Origin: Selaginella moellendorffii
Taxonomy: Eukaryota > Plantae > Lycopodiophyta
DNA: 64,000 nucleotides
Reading direction: 5' to 3'
NCBI RefSeq assembly: GCF_000143415.4
Contig: NW_003314261.1
Location: forward strand, 3,774,880 to 3,838,879
Below are positions 63,987 through 64,000 of this stretch, in pieces (positions within the stretch are counted from its first letter, which is position 1; every line of letters starts with the position of its first letter). Made by a program: the position numbers and the translations under genes. The notes beneath the pieces were generated by a model that saw only the letters and a list, made by a program, of their open reading frames with translations, was not told where the DNA came from and did no database searches.

Positions 63987-64000
63987 ACATACAGCTCCTA

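Larger units (their letters stand above)
59892..64000 (-). mobile_element. Element G: Tcn1-like chromovirus, 3' part, near-intact
   Basis: 3' LTR 59892-60240 (tgtca...tgaca); PPT 60241-60256; left flank gaggt matches the host LTR sequence; long pol ORF. Confidence 0.92.

Overview
Eukaryotic (land-plant) heterochromatic DNA. Short ~50-nt introns, the style of the PLS-PPR sequences and a Tcn1-like chromovirus suggest a lycophyte such as Selaginella (inference). The window is mostly nested Ty3/gypsy LTR retrotransposons: a non-autonomous family A (one copy inserted into another, 1-13756), two copies of a chromovirus family B (21139-28597 minus; 52220-59891 plus), two copies of a non-chromovirus family D, a truncated family E, a near-intact Tcn1-like element G (59892-end) and two TRIMs. 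Helitron, CACTA-like and Harbinger-like remnants are also present. These elements interrupt a tandem array of a ~6-kb host cassette (Cys-rich/acidic pseudogene, intronless Ser/Thr kinase, convergent PPR pseudogene). Best finding: both family B copies carry two short intron-like insertions (47 and 52 nt; GT-AG, with one acceptor mutated in the minus-strand copy) inside integrase. One lies just before the catalytic Glu and one just before the GPY/F motif, so a functional integrase would need splicing while the intron-retaining RNA is the form that was propagated. Families A and B also share PBS, PPT, an LTR core motif and a structured RNA domain with tRNA T-arm-like hairpins. All coordinates were read by eye; no alignments or database searches were run.
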